From: a virus
IMG/VR virus record: IMGVR_UViG_3300049847_000321
Location: 4,754-68,753 of that record
Length of the DNA stretch: 64,000 nucleotides
Reading direction: 5' to 3' (one strand)
Position numbers and translations under genes: made by a program. The notes under the pieces were generated by a model. The model was not told the DNA's origin, made no database searches, and saw only the letters and a list, made by a program, of their open reading frames with translations. Shown here piece after piece: positions 54,184-62,069 of the stretch (the stretch's first letter is position 1; every line of letters begins with the position of its first letter).

Positions 54184-54910
54184 AGGTAATCGAGTCAGTT
54201 ACGAAAATCTACAATTTCTAGGAAAAAAACCTGTCACCAAGCCTGCTAGGGCAGGTGGCTATTGGCGAGGTCTTAAGCATATAGACCTTGTTGACGGCAT
54301 TCAGCAGGAAGCTGAAAATCGTGGCTGGGATATCACGAAATCAACTTTCGCCCTTAGTAAGGACAAAGCTGATCTTGCCGCAACATTTAGTTTAGCGGGT
54401 GTACCGAAAGTGAAACTCCCCAAAGGAATCTCACTTGAACTAGGTCTTATGACCTCGAACGCCTTGCGCCGAATGACCAGATTGACAGTAGGCGGTACTG
54501 TTGCCGTTTGTCTCAATGGCTTGATTACAGGTGAAGTAGTCATGGAGAAGAAGCACTCCAAATACTTCGATCTGGAAGCCGAGTTGAAGCAAGGTTTCAA
54601 TCAGTATGTTACCAAGGCAAAGCTGATTACTGATGAAGTAGGTTCAATGCAATCTTGGTACATCAGTGACAATGATGCTCTCAAGATTCTGGCAGAAACT
54701 GGACGACAGCATATTCTGCCTTGGAGCCATATCGGCATGATCGACAAACTGTACAACAACCCAATTCACAATGAATTCAAAGAAAAGACAACTTGGTCTT
54801 TGCTCAATGCCTTCACAAGCGTTGTCAAGAAAAGTCCGCCAATCTTCCAAATGAGTCGAATGCTGCGCTTTCATAACCTACTGAAAACTGAAGGCTTTTT
54901 AGCGGCTTGA
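54167..54910 (+). CDS. DUF932-like protein
   Basis: LGLMTSN...TVGGTVAVCLNGLI...KKHS...WSLLNAFT. Confidence 0.7.
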   Translation: MLSVSKGNRVSYENLQFLGKKPVTKPARAGGYWRGLKHIDLVDGIQQEAENRGWDITKSTFALSKDKADLAATFSLAGVPKVKLPKGISLELGLMTSNALRRMTRLTVGGTVAVCLNGLITGEVVMEKKHSKYFDLEAELKQGFNQYVTKAKLITDEVGSMQSWYISDNDALKILAETGRQHILPWSHIGMIDKLYNNPIHNEFKEKTTWSLLNAFTSVVKKSPPIFQMSRMLRFHNLLKTEGFLAA

Positions 54911-54935
54911 CAAAAATGACGCCTCCGACTAAGAT
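54907..54935 (+). promoter_or_regulatory. Sigma70-like promoter
   Basis: TTGACA-17 bp-TAAGAT. Confidence 0.7.
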
Positions 54936-54983
54936 AGTTAGCTTGCCAACATTGCTAACATCCCAAAGATCAGGGAGGATAGA

Positions 54984-55502
54984 ATGTCAACCGTAGTTGT
55001 GACTGAGAACTACCTGGGCATCAAACCGATGATTCAAAAGATCGTTCACCAGACGCCTATCATCGGCTTGAGTCCAGACGAAGTTTTCTCAGAAGCCAAC
55101 CTGGCTTTTATGAACGCGAATGAAACCTTTGATCCGAAGAAAGGGGCGTTTACCACGCATGTATATCACAAAGTAACCAATCATCTGAAAGAGTTGCGAC
55201 GAACAACAGCTAAAGACCATCGTCGAATGCAAGTCACCACTATTGAATATCTGAACCAGTATCCTTCAAAAGAAAGACCTGAGTTCAACATGGTTGAGTT
55301 CATAGGCGATCTGTCTGAAAAAGCCGGAGTGGTAGTCGCTTTGACTTTGCTATCGCCTGACAGTAAAGGCTGGAAAAGAAAACGACGAAGTAACTCAAGT
55401 TATTCCTACAAACTTGAGTTGTACAGGTATCTGAAAAGCATAGGGTGGACCTATGCTGAGATTAAGGATGCTTTTTCTGAAATCAGAAAGGAACTGCGAT
55501 GA
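54984..55502 (+). CDS. Sigma-factor-like protein (region 2-like)
   Basis: DEVFSEANLAFMNANETFDPKKG-AFTTHVYHKVTNHL. Confidence 0.7.
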   Translation: MSTVVVTENYLGIKPMIQKIVHQTPIIGLSPDEVFSEANLAFMNANETFDPKKGAFTTHVYHKVTNHLKELRRTTAKDHRRMQVTTIEYLNQYPSKERPEFNMVEFIGDLSEKAGVVVALTLLSPDSKGWKRKRRSNSSYSYKLELYRYLKSIGWTYAEIKDAFSEIRKELR

Positions 55503-55852
55503 ACGCTGACAAATTTACCAATGTGATTCTTGAGGCACTGATGGAAAGAATGGAACAATCAGAGATGCACAAAGATTTCACAACTAATTTTCAAGAACCG
55601 AAAAATGAAAATGAGATCAGTCCAATACTTTTCGACAAAATGCACTACAATCAAATGATGTTCTTCGGAGGTTTGTTCCATCTAATTACTTTTGATGTAA
55701 GGGAAGCTTACAGAATCTTCAAAAACCTACCGAAAGTGGACAGCTACATTGATCCGCCAAATGTTACCTACAAAGACATAAAGAAGTATTACCGAGATTT
55801 GTTTCTCGAACTATCGAAAACCTTTGACAAAGCCGTTCAGGAGGTATTGTGA
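55499..55852 (+). CDS. Hypothetical protein
   Basis: ATGA coupling. Confidence 0.6.
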   Translation: MNADKFTNVILEALMERMEQSEMHKDFTTNFQEPKNENEISPILFDKMHYNQMMFFGGLFHLITFDVREAYRIFKNLPKVDSYIDPPNVTYKDIKKYYRDLFLELSKTFDKAVQEVL

Positions 55853-55853
55853 A

Positions 55854-55952
55854 ATGAATTCGGAAACCAAAATTGCCTTGTGCGTAGTACCTGTTATTGT
55901 GCTTGCAATTTGGCGGTTCATTGTGTACGAAGATAAAAAGGACATCGACTAA
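55854..55952 (+). CDS. Very small single-TM protein (32 aa, not in ORF track)
   Basis: GGAGG upstream; IALCVVPVIVLAIW; TAATG coupling to the helicase. Confidence 0.45.
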   Translation: MNSETKIALCVVPVIVLAIWRFIVYEDKKDID

Positions 55953-57337
55953 TGAGTGAAACGAAACCTTACAAATATCAAATCGAAGATAATCGTCAAA
56001 TGGACCGATTTAACGGTCGTGTCTTGCTGGCGAATGAAATGGGTACAGGCAAGACGTACACGAGTTTACGGTACATCAAACACTATCTTGAGCCGGGGCT
56101 GACCATTGTTATATGCCCGGCGTCCGTCAAGTATGTCTGGTCGCAGGAAGCCAAGAAACATTTCAACCTTCGTGCTGAGATTCTTGAAGGTAGAACACCG
56201 CCTTCAATTCAAAGAAGCGGTTTCAAAAATCAGCACAAGCTATTGGTCATCAATTATGACATTCTGCAATACTGGGTAAAGTATCTCAGATCGTTAAAAC
56301 CTCAGTGCATCATTTGTGATGAAAGTCAACGAATCAAATCCAGAGAAACCAAACGAACAAAGGCTGCAAAGGAACTATGCCGTAAAGTACCTTATGTTTT
56401 CATGCTTTCCGGAACACCCTTGACGAATCGCCCGGCTGAATTGTGGCCTTCCTTGAACATCTTGCGACCAGATAAGTTTAATTCCTTCTTCGCTTACGCC
56501 ACGAAGTATTGCGATCCAAAGAAAGAGTTTTATGGCTGGACATTCAAGGGAGCTACAAACCTTGACGACTTACATCGTCGATTGAAAAGGCATTGCATGA
56601 TTCGCCGACGTAAGGCCGATGTCCTTTCGCAATTGCCACCGAAGCAATGGTTCTCGTTGCCGATGCCCATTTCACCAGCTGATCGCAAAATCTACAACGA
56701 AGTCCATAACGACTTCATCAACTGGCTGAGAAAGGTAGACTTCAAGAAAGCCTCAAGAGCGGAACGTGCCGAAGCTGTTACCAGACTAGGCTATCTGCGA
56801 AGGCTTGCAGGTCAATTCAAGTTGCCCGCGGTCATTGATTGGATTCAGGACTACTTCGATGAAACAGACAAGAAGTTGGTTATTTTTGGCATTCACAAGA
56901 TTGTCGTACAAGGTTTGTATAACCACTTCAAATCACTTGCCGTACGGATTGATGGCAGTATCGACAAGTCATTGAGACAAGGGATCGTCGATCAATTTGC
57001 CCGTTCTCCGCACATTCGATTGATTGTTGGCAACATCATGGCAATGGGCGTCGGACTCAATGGAATGCAAGTCGCGCAGACTGTTGGTCTATGCGAGATG
57101 CCTTGGTCGCCGGCTGACATTTCTCAAGCTGTAGACCGTCTGCATCGCAACGGGCAGACTGGTCAAGTTCAATGCTATTCACTTGTAGCCGAAGGTACAA
57201 TTGAGGAGGACTTATGTAAAATCAACCAAGAAAAACAACTCACGCTTGATTCTGTATTAGATGGTAAGCCAGTGGATGGGGGCTTGCCAGTTTATGATCT
57301 TCTCATCCAAGGTCTTTTAGAGAAAGGTAAACAATGA
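55952..57337 (+). CDS. SNF2-family helicase/translocase
   Basis: LANEMGTGKT, ICPASVK, IICDESQ, LSGTP, MGVGLN, PWSP...QAVDRLHRNGQ. Confidence 0.93.
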   Translation: MSETKPYKYQIEDNRQMDRFNGRVLLANEMGTGKTYTSLRYIKHYLEPGLTIVICPASVKYVWSQEAKKHFNLRAEILEGRTPPSIQRSGFKNQHKLLVINYDILQYWVKYLRSLKPQCIICDESQRIKSRETKRTKAAKELCRKVPYVFMLSGTPLTNRPAELWPSLNILRPDKFNSFFAYATKYCDPKKEFYGWTFKGATNLDDLHRRLKRHCMIRRRKADVLSQLPPKQWFSLPMPISPADRKIYNEVHNDFINWLRKVDFKKASRAERAEAVTRLGYLRRLAGQFKLPAVIDWIQDYFDETDKKLVIFGIHKIVVQGLYNHFKSLAVRIDGSIDKSLRQGIVDQFARSPHIRLIVGNIMAMGVGLNGMQVAQTVGLCEMPWSPADISQAVDRLHRNGQTGQVQCYSLVAEGTIEEDLCKINQEKQLTLDSVLDGKPVDGGLPVYDLLIQGLLEKGKQ

Positions 57338-57510
57338 GTACCAAACACTATCTCATAAACACAACTCCTGTGCGAAGAAAAGTATTGTATATTCGCGGTC
57401 TTGACGCCGACGTATTAACCAAATTCAAAGCCAAGTGCGCAACTCATGGTGTCACAATGAAAGACGCCGTTGAGGTTCTGATTAGAAAATACATCGCGGG
57501 GCAAATCTAA
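57334..57510 (+). CDS. Ribbon-helix-helix-like protein (58 aa, not in ORF track)
   Basis: LYIRGLDADVLTKFKAKC..HGVTMKDAVEVLIRKY. Confidence 0.6.
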   Translation: MSTKHYLINTTPVRRKVLYIRGLDADVLTKFKAKCATHGVTMKDAVEVLIRKYIAGQI

Positions 57511-57752
57511 TGGAATACAAAAACGAGCTTCAACAAGACCCATTCAGAGCTACTCCTGATTATTTAACACCTGTGAAAAAACTAGCCATGAAAGATGTTA
57601 TAATCAGACACGGTTTTGAATTGGAAAAAATGGGATTAAACCGAACAGATGCTTTATGCTGGATTATAATGACACAATGGCGAGAATTGGACTCATGGAG
57701 GACAAAACATGAGATGGAATTACTCTACTCTATAGAAAAGCCTATAAACTAG
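57510..57752 (+). CDS. Hypothetical protein
   Basis: TAATG coupling. Confidence 0.55.
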   Translation: MEYKNELQQDPFRATPDYLTPVKKLAMKDVIIRHGFELEKMGLNRTDALCWIIMTQWRELDSWRTKHEMELLYSIEKPIN

Positions 57753-57765
57753 GTAGGAGTGTGGC

Positions 57766-57999
57766 ATGGCAGGTAAAATACTAGAACCGGTTTATCGTCA
57801 ATTAGGAGCTAAAATTCAATCTATCCGAGAATGTTTAGGCTGGACTCAAGATGAATTAGCAAAAAAAGTAGGTCTCACTCGGACTTCAATAACTAATTTT
57901 GAAGCTGGTAGACAACGAATACTTCTCCATGACTTAGACAAATTTGCGAAAGCCTTCAATATGGATCATCGCACCATAATGAAAGGAATTTGGTGGTGA
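57766..57999 (+). CDS. XRE-family HTH regulator
   Basis: WTQDELAKKVGLTRTSITNFEAGRQ. Confidence 0.9.
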   Translation: MAGKILEPVYRQLGAKIQSIRECLGWTQDELAKKVGLTRTSITNFEAGRQRILLHDLDKFAKAFNMDHRTIMKGIWW

Positions 58000-58000
58000 C

Positions 58001-58888
58001 ATGGCCTTCCTCGACATCATCAATGACCTGGGATTACCTATTGCCCCTGAGGGTCATCGTCATGCCAGACCTGGCTGGCTACAGATCGACTGCCCTTGGT
58101 GCGGTAAGAACTCTCAGGTGTTTCACCTAGGCTACTCTTTAACCGGCAATTATGCCAATTGCTGGAAATGCGGGCCAAAGCGGGTTGTCGATATTGTCAT
58201 GGAATTGTCTGGCTTGCGTTATCCCGAAGCCAGAAAGCTGCTAGGCGACTTTACGCCAGAATTGCAACAGATCAAAAGGACGGGGCATCTCCAGCTGCCT
58301 AAAGGCATACGCAAGATGGCAGGACCCCATCGACACTACTTGAAGTACAAACGCGGCTTGAATCCTGAAAGAATGGAGCGAATATGGGGGTTAAGGGGCA
58401 TTTGCTTCGATATCCGACTACCTTGGCGAATCTTCATCCCGATTCATCTAGGAGGTAATGTAGTTTCGTGGACAACACGAGCGGCATCGGATTACACAAT
58501 GCGGCGATACATTTCAGCCGACTTGGAAGAAGAAGATGTTCACCACAAAGATTTGCTGTATGGTGAAGATTACGCCCGGCACGCAATCATCATTTGTGAA
58601 GGTCCTGGCGATGTATGGAATATAGGGCCAGGTGCTGTTGCCACGTTCGGAACCAGCTACACTCGATCCCAGATTGATCGAATGAGTAGGTATCCGACAA
58701 GAGTGGTTTGCTTCGATTCTGACAAAGCTGGTCAAAAGCGTGCCAAAGAACTGGTGAGCATTTTATCAGTTTTTGATGGTGATACTTACAACGCAGTCTT
58801 AGACGCAAAGGATCCTGGTTCGGCTTCAAAAGCTGAAATTGCGGAATTGAGAAGTCGTTTCTTAGAAAGGAACTGCGATGATGAATAG
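58001..58888 (+). CDS. DNA primase (Zn-binding domain + TOPRIM)
   Basis: CPWC...NCWKC; IICEGPGD; VCFDSDKAG; KDP. Confidence 0.88.
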   Translation: MAFLDIINDLGLPIAPEGHRHARPGWLQIDCPWCGKNSQVFHLGYSLTGNYANCWKCGPKRVVDIVMELSGLRYPEARKLLGDFTPELQQIKRTGHLQLPKGIRKMAGPHRHYLKYKRGLNPERMERIWGLRGICFDIRLPWRIFIPIHLGGNVVSWTTRAASDYTMRRYISADLEEEDVHHKDLLYGEDYARHAIIICEGPGDVWNIGPGAVATFGTSYTRSQIDRMSRYPTRVVCFDSDKAGQKRAKELVSILSVFDGDTYNAVLDAKDPGSASKAEIAELRSRFLERNCDDE

Positions 58889-58905
58889 AATCAAAAGGAA
58901 CAGTA

Positions 58906-58935
58906 TTGACATATAGTATATCACTATGATATACT
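58906..58935 (+). promoter_or_regulatory. Sigma70-like promoter with overlapping 9-bp inverted repeat
   Basis: TTGACA-18 bp-TATACT; AGTATATCA-cta-TGATATACT. Confidence 0.7.
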
Positions 58936-58959
58936 TACTTCTAATGAAAGGATCTTACA

Positions 58960-59283
58960 ATGACTGTGCATGAATATGTTGATTCGTTGAAAGAAGAAGA
59001 AACAATGTGGATAAACACTGATTGGTTCTTTATTATCAAAGGAGCAAGCAAAGTGCTGGCATTTGCCTTAATGCATAATTTAGGTTCTAATGGCAAATGG
59101 TTCAAATTGTCTATGGAGTACCAAACTCAACTGAGAATAATAAACTATCTGATTAGAAAAGGTCTAATCAAGAGAAAGATACAAGGGTTCCCTAGAGAAA
59201 GATTCTTTCAAATTGACCTGAAGAAATTGAAGCAGCTAGAAAAAGGAATAAAACATGGCAAGAGTAAAAGGAATCGCACTTGA
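58960..59283 (+). CDS. Hypothetical winged-helix-like protein
   Basis: ...RIINYLIRKGLIKRKIQGFPRERFFQID. Confidence 0.6.
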   Translation: MTVHEYVDSLKEEETMWINTDWFFIIKGASKVLAFALMHNLGSNGKWFKLSMEYQTQLRIINYLIRKGLIKRKIQGFPRERFFQIDLKKLKQLEKGIKHGKSKRNRT

Positions 59284-60466
59284 TATCCAAGACTTGTTTA
59301 CAGAAAACAAAATAACCACTACTGAAGCATTGCTTCTTTGGACAATCGACAATATGGTTAGAAGCAACTTTACTGGTTGTTGGGCATCAAACAAATTTCT
59401 TGGTAAGAGTGTTAAGGTTAAACAAAAACGACACGTTCAGAAAATGCTTAGACACCTTCAAGATTTAGGACTCATCCGTGTTGTTTCAAGGACATCAAAT
59501 TCAAGAGTCTTTGCAACCAAATGGAATGACATTGAAGATGATGACTTGGTGACGAAAACATCAAGTAGTGAACAATTGTACAGAGGGGATGTCTTTAACC
59601 ACACGGGGGGGATGCTTTATAAGACATCCCCCTCTTTATTACTACGTAATAAAGATATAAAGAGTAATACTGTCGGCTCTACCGAGCCGACGAAAAGAAA
59701 GAAGAAAAATGGAGAAAAGCCTATGCCAGAATGGAGCAACTTTAACAGCGTCTCCAGTCAAATGAAAGAGTCACCATCAACCTTCGACTTAGAATGCGCC
59801 AAACGACTGGCACATGTAGTTCAAGCCTCCAGAAAGGTTATGCGCAAATTTCAAACCTCTAAGTGGGCTACCAGCTTTCGAGACTTGCGACTGATCGACA
59901 AGGTAGAAGAAAAGCGAATCACCAAGGTTCTCGACTGGTACTGCGAGCATATGGGTGAAGACTACGTACCTCAAGCCTTCTCAGGCGAAGGTTTCAGAAG
60001 TAAGTGGCTCCAACTAGAAGCCGGGATGTTGCGCGATTTGGGACCAGAAGTTGAGGTGAGTCTTTCGGCTTTGGAGATCGTCAAGAAACTGAACCTGTAT
60101 AAGTGGCCAAAAGGTTCCGAAAAGCAGTTACCGCAGTTTGTTCAAATCAGCATGGATAATTACAACGATTTCGGTTTTGCAGTTGATGACTACAAAGGTA
60201 GATTGATTGTGACTAGATCAGAAATGAAAATGGATGAATTGCTTCACTTCCTATTGAAGCGAGAAGGCTTGCTGCCAACTAAATGGTTTATTGAGCATTG
60301 GTGGAAGCAAGTTCGTGAGCAAGTTTTCAATTGGGAAGAGTTTTCAGGTGATTTGAAATCGTACATTTTCAAACCAACACACAAGATGTTTCAAAGGTAT
60401 ATGCGGGGCAAAATTCAACCGAATCTGTATTCACAATGGGACCGCCTAATGAAGGAAACCAAGTAA
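59255..60466 (+). CDS. Replication initiator (N-terminal wHTH, lambda O-like central domain)
   Basis: WASNKFLG...VQKMLRHLQDLGLI; KWATSFRDLRLID...VLDWYC...FRSKWLQLE resembles the lambda O C-terminal domain. Confidence 0.7.
   Translation: MARVKGIALDIQDLFTENKITTTEALLLWTIDNMVRSNFTGCWASNKFLGKSVKVKQKRHVQKMLRHLQDLGLIRVVSRTSNSRVFATKWNDIEDDDLVTKTSSSEQLYRGDVFNHTGGMLYKTSPSLLLRNKDIKSNTVGSTEPTKRKKKNGEKPMPEWSNFNSVSSQMKESPSTFDLECAKRLAHVVQASRKVMRKFQTSKWATSFRDLRLIDKVEEKRITKVLDWYCEHMGEDYVPQAFSGEGFRSKWLQLEAGMLRDLGPEVEVSLSALEIVKKLNLYKWPKGSEKQLPQFVQISMDNYNDFGFAVDDYKGRLIVTRSEMKMDELLHFLLKREGLLPTKWFIEHWWKQVREQVFNWEEFSGDLKSYIFKPTHKMFQRYMRGKIQPNLYSQWDRLMKETK
59583..59670. promoter_or_regulatory. Candidate replication origin inside the initiator gene
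   Basis: GGGGATG(T)CTT twice direct and once inverted, followed by an AT-rich TTTATTAC-tac-GTAATAAA palindrome. Confidence 0.45.
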
Positions 60467-61044
60467 TGAAACTAATACCACTAGACCTTCTACGAAAGAA
60501 AGGTGCCTGCCAAAAGCAACTTTCTTTGGTAGAAAGCGAATGGCCTAGCGGCATACCGCTTACGAAAGCGACTGCCGAAAGGTTCCTAGAACTGGAACTT
60601 GATATTGACTGGGTAGTAGAGAACCTGCTAACTCAGCAAGAGCAGGTAGAATACAAAAGGATCGAACAACCTGCATATGCAGAATACAAAAGGATCGAAC
60701 AACCTGCATATGCAGAATACAAAAGGATCAAACAACCTGCATATGCAGAATACAAAAGGATCGAACAACCTGCATATGCAGAATACGAAAGGATCAAACA
60801 ACCTGCATTAGCAGAATACTTAAGGATCGAACAACCTGCATGGGCAGAATACGAAAGGATCGAACAACTTGCATATGCAGAATACGAAAGGATCGAACAA
60901 CCTGCATTAGCAGAATACAAAAGGATCAAACAACCTGCATATGCAGAATACGAAAGGATCGAACAACCTGCATTAGCAGAATACAAAAGGAAGAAAGTCA
61001 TGGCTATTCTGGAACTACTTCTCAAACGAAAGGAGACCGAGTAA
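60466..61044 (+). CDS. 11-aa repeat cassette protein, copy 5 (10 repeats)
   Basis: 192 aa; flanks AAGGAAACCAAGTAATG and AAGGAGACCGAGTAATG. Confidence 0.85.
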   Translation: MKLIPLDLLRKKGACQKQLSLVESEWPSGIPLTKATAERFLELELDIDWVVENLLTQQEQVEYKRIEQPAYAEYKRIEQPAYAEYKRIKQPAYAEYKRIEQPAYAEYERIKQPALAEYLRIEQPAWAEYERIEQLAYAEYERIEQPALAEYKRIKQPAYAEYERIEQPALAEYKRKKVMAILELLLKRKETE

Positions 61045-61556
61045 TGAAGATCATACCTCTAGCCCTTCTACGAAAGAAAGGTGCCTGCCAAAAGCAACTT
61101 TCTTTGGTAGAAAGCGAATGGCCTAGCGGCATACCGCTTACGAAAGCGACTGCCGAAAGGTTCCTAAAATTGGAACTTGATATTGAGTGGGTAGCGAACA
61201 ACCTACTAACTGAGCAAGAGCAGGTAGAATACGAAAGGATCGCACAGCCTGCATCAGCAGAATACTTAAGGATCGAACAACCTGCATATGCAGAATACGA
61301 AAGGATCGAACAACTTGCGAGGGCAGAATACGAAAGGATCAAACAACCTGCATATGCAGAATACTTAAGGATTCAACAACCTGCATTAGCAGAATACGAA
61401 AGGATCAAACAACTTGCATTAGCAGAATACTTAAGGATCGAACAACTTGCATATGCAGAATACGAAAGGATCAAACAACCTGCATCAGCAGAATACAAAA
61501 GGAAGAAAGTCATGGCTATTCTGGAACTACTTCTCAAACAAAAGGAAACCAAGTGA
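61044..61556 (+). CDS. 11-aa repeat cassette protein, copy 6 (8 repeats), tandem with copy 5
   Basis: 170 aa; shares its left junction with copy 5; right flank AAGGAAACCAAGTGATG. Confidence 0.85.
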   Translation: MKIIPLALLRKKGACQKQLSLVESEWPSGIPLTKATAERFLKLELDIEWVANNLLTEQEQVEYERIAQPASAEYLRIEQPAYAEYERIEQLARAEYERIKQPAYAEYLRIQQPALAEYERIKQLALAEYLRIEQLAYAEYERIKQPASAEYKRKKVMAILELLLKQKETK

Positions 61557-61843
61557 TGAAAAAGAACCCGATGTATCGCTACAAAATAACCTTTCCACTC
61601 AATCGCTTAAAAGAATTGAGACTAAAAGCAAACATGACCCAAAGAGACGTGTGCAAAGAGACTGGCATCCCTCCGGGAACTTATTCTGGAATAGAATATG
61701 GTGTCAACGTGCATTTAAGTTCCGCATTAAAATTGGCACAATTATTTAATTTGTCAGTTGAACAGATTTGGGAAGATCAGTTTGAAGCTGATCGACAGCG
61801 AATCCAAGAAATGAAAAAGGAGGAAGTCAATGAAATCGCTTGA
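61556..61843 (+). CDS. XRE-family HTH regulator
   Basis: MTQRDVCKETGIPPGTYSGIEYG...ALKLAQLFNLSVEQIW. Confidence 0.88.
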   Translation: MKKNPMYRYKITFPLNRLKELRLKANMTQRDVCKETGIPPGTYSGIEYGVNVHLSSALKLAQLFNLSVEQIWEDQFEADRQRIQEMKKEEVNEIA

Positions 61844-62069
61844 ACAAATAAACCATGCTAGAAAGGTTGTGACCAAAGCTATCTCCGATAACACTAAAGG
61901 AGAACTTTCTGAACAACAAATGATCTTACTCTTCGGTATGTCAACAGCTCTCCAGTGGGTTGCTGATGCAGGAGGATCTTCTTTGCAAAGACTAATTGAT
62001 GGTGAAGAAATAGCTTATGGGCAGATGCTCAAATTTCCTGATTTGAGGAAAACTAAACATGAAAGTTGA
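61830..62069 (+). CDS. Hypothetical protein
   Basis: AGGAGG SD. Confidence 0.6.
   Translation: MKSLEQINHARKVVTKAISDNTKGELSEQQMILLFGMSTALQWVADAGGSSLQRLIDGEEIAYGQMLKFPDLRKTKHES

Noticed and set aside
5726-61556. Diversity-generating retroelement explaining the repeat variation
   Set aside because: No reverse transcriptase motif in the window and no separate non-coding template copy. Many adenines in the unit (GCA GAA TAC, AGG, CAA) are invariant, which does not fit A-specific mutagenesis.
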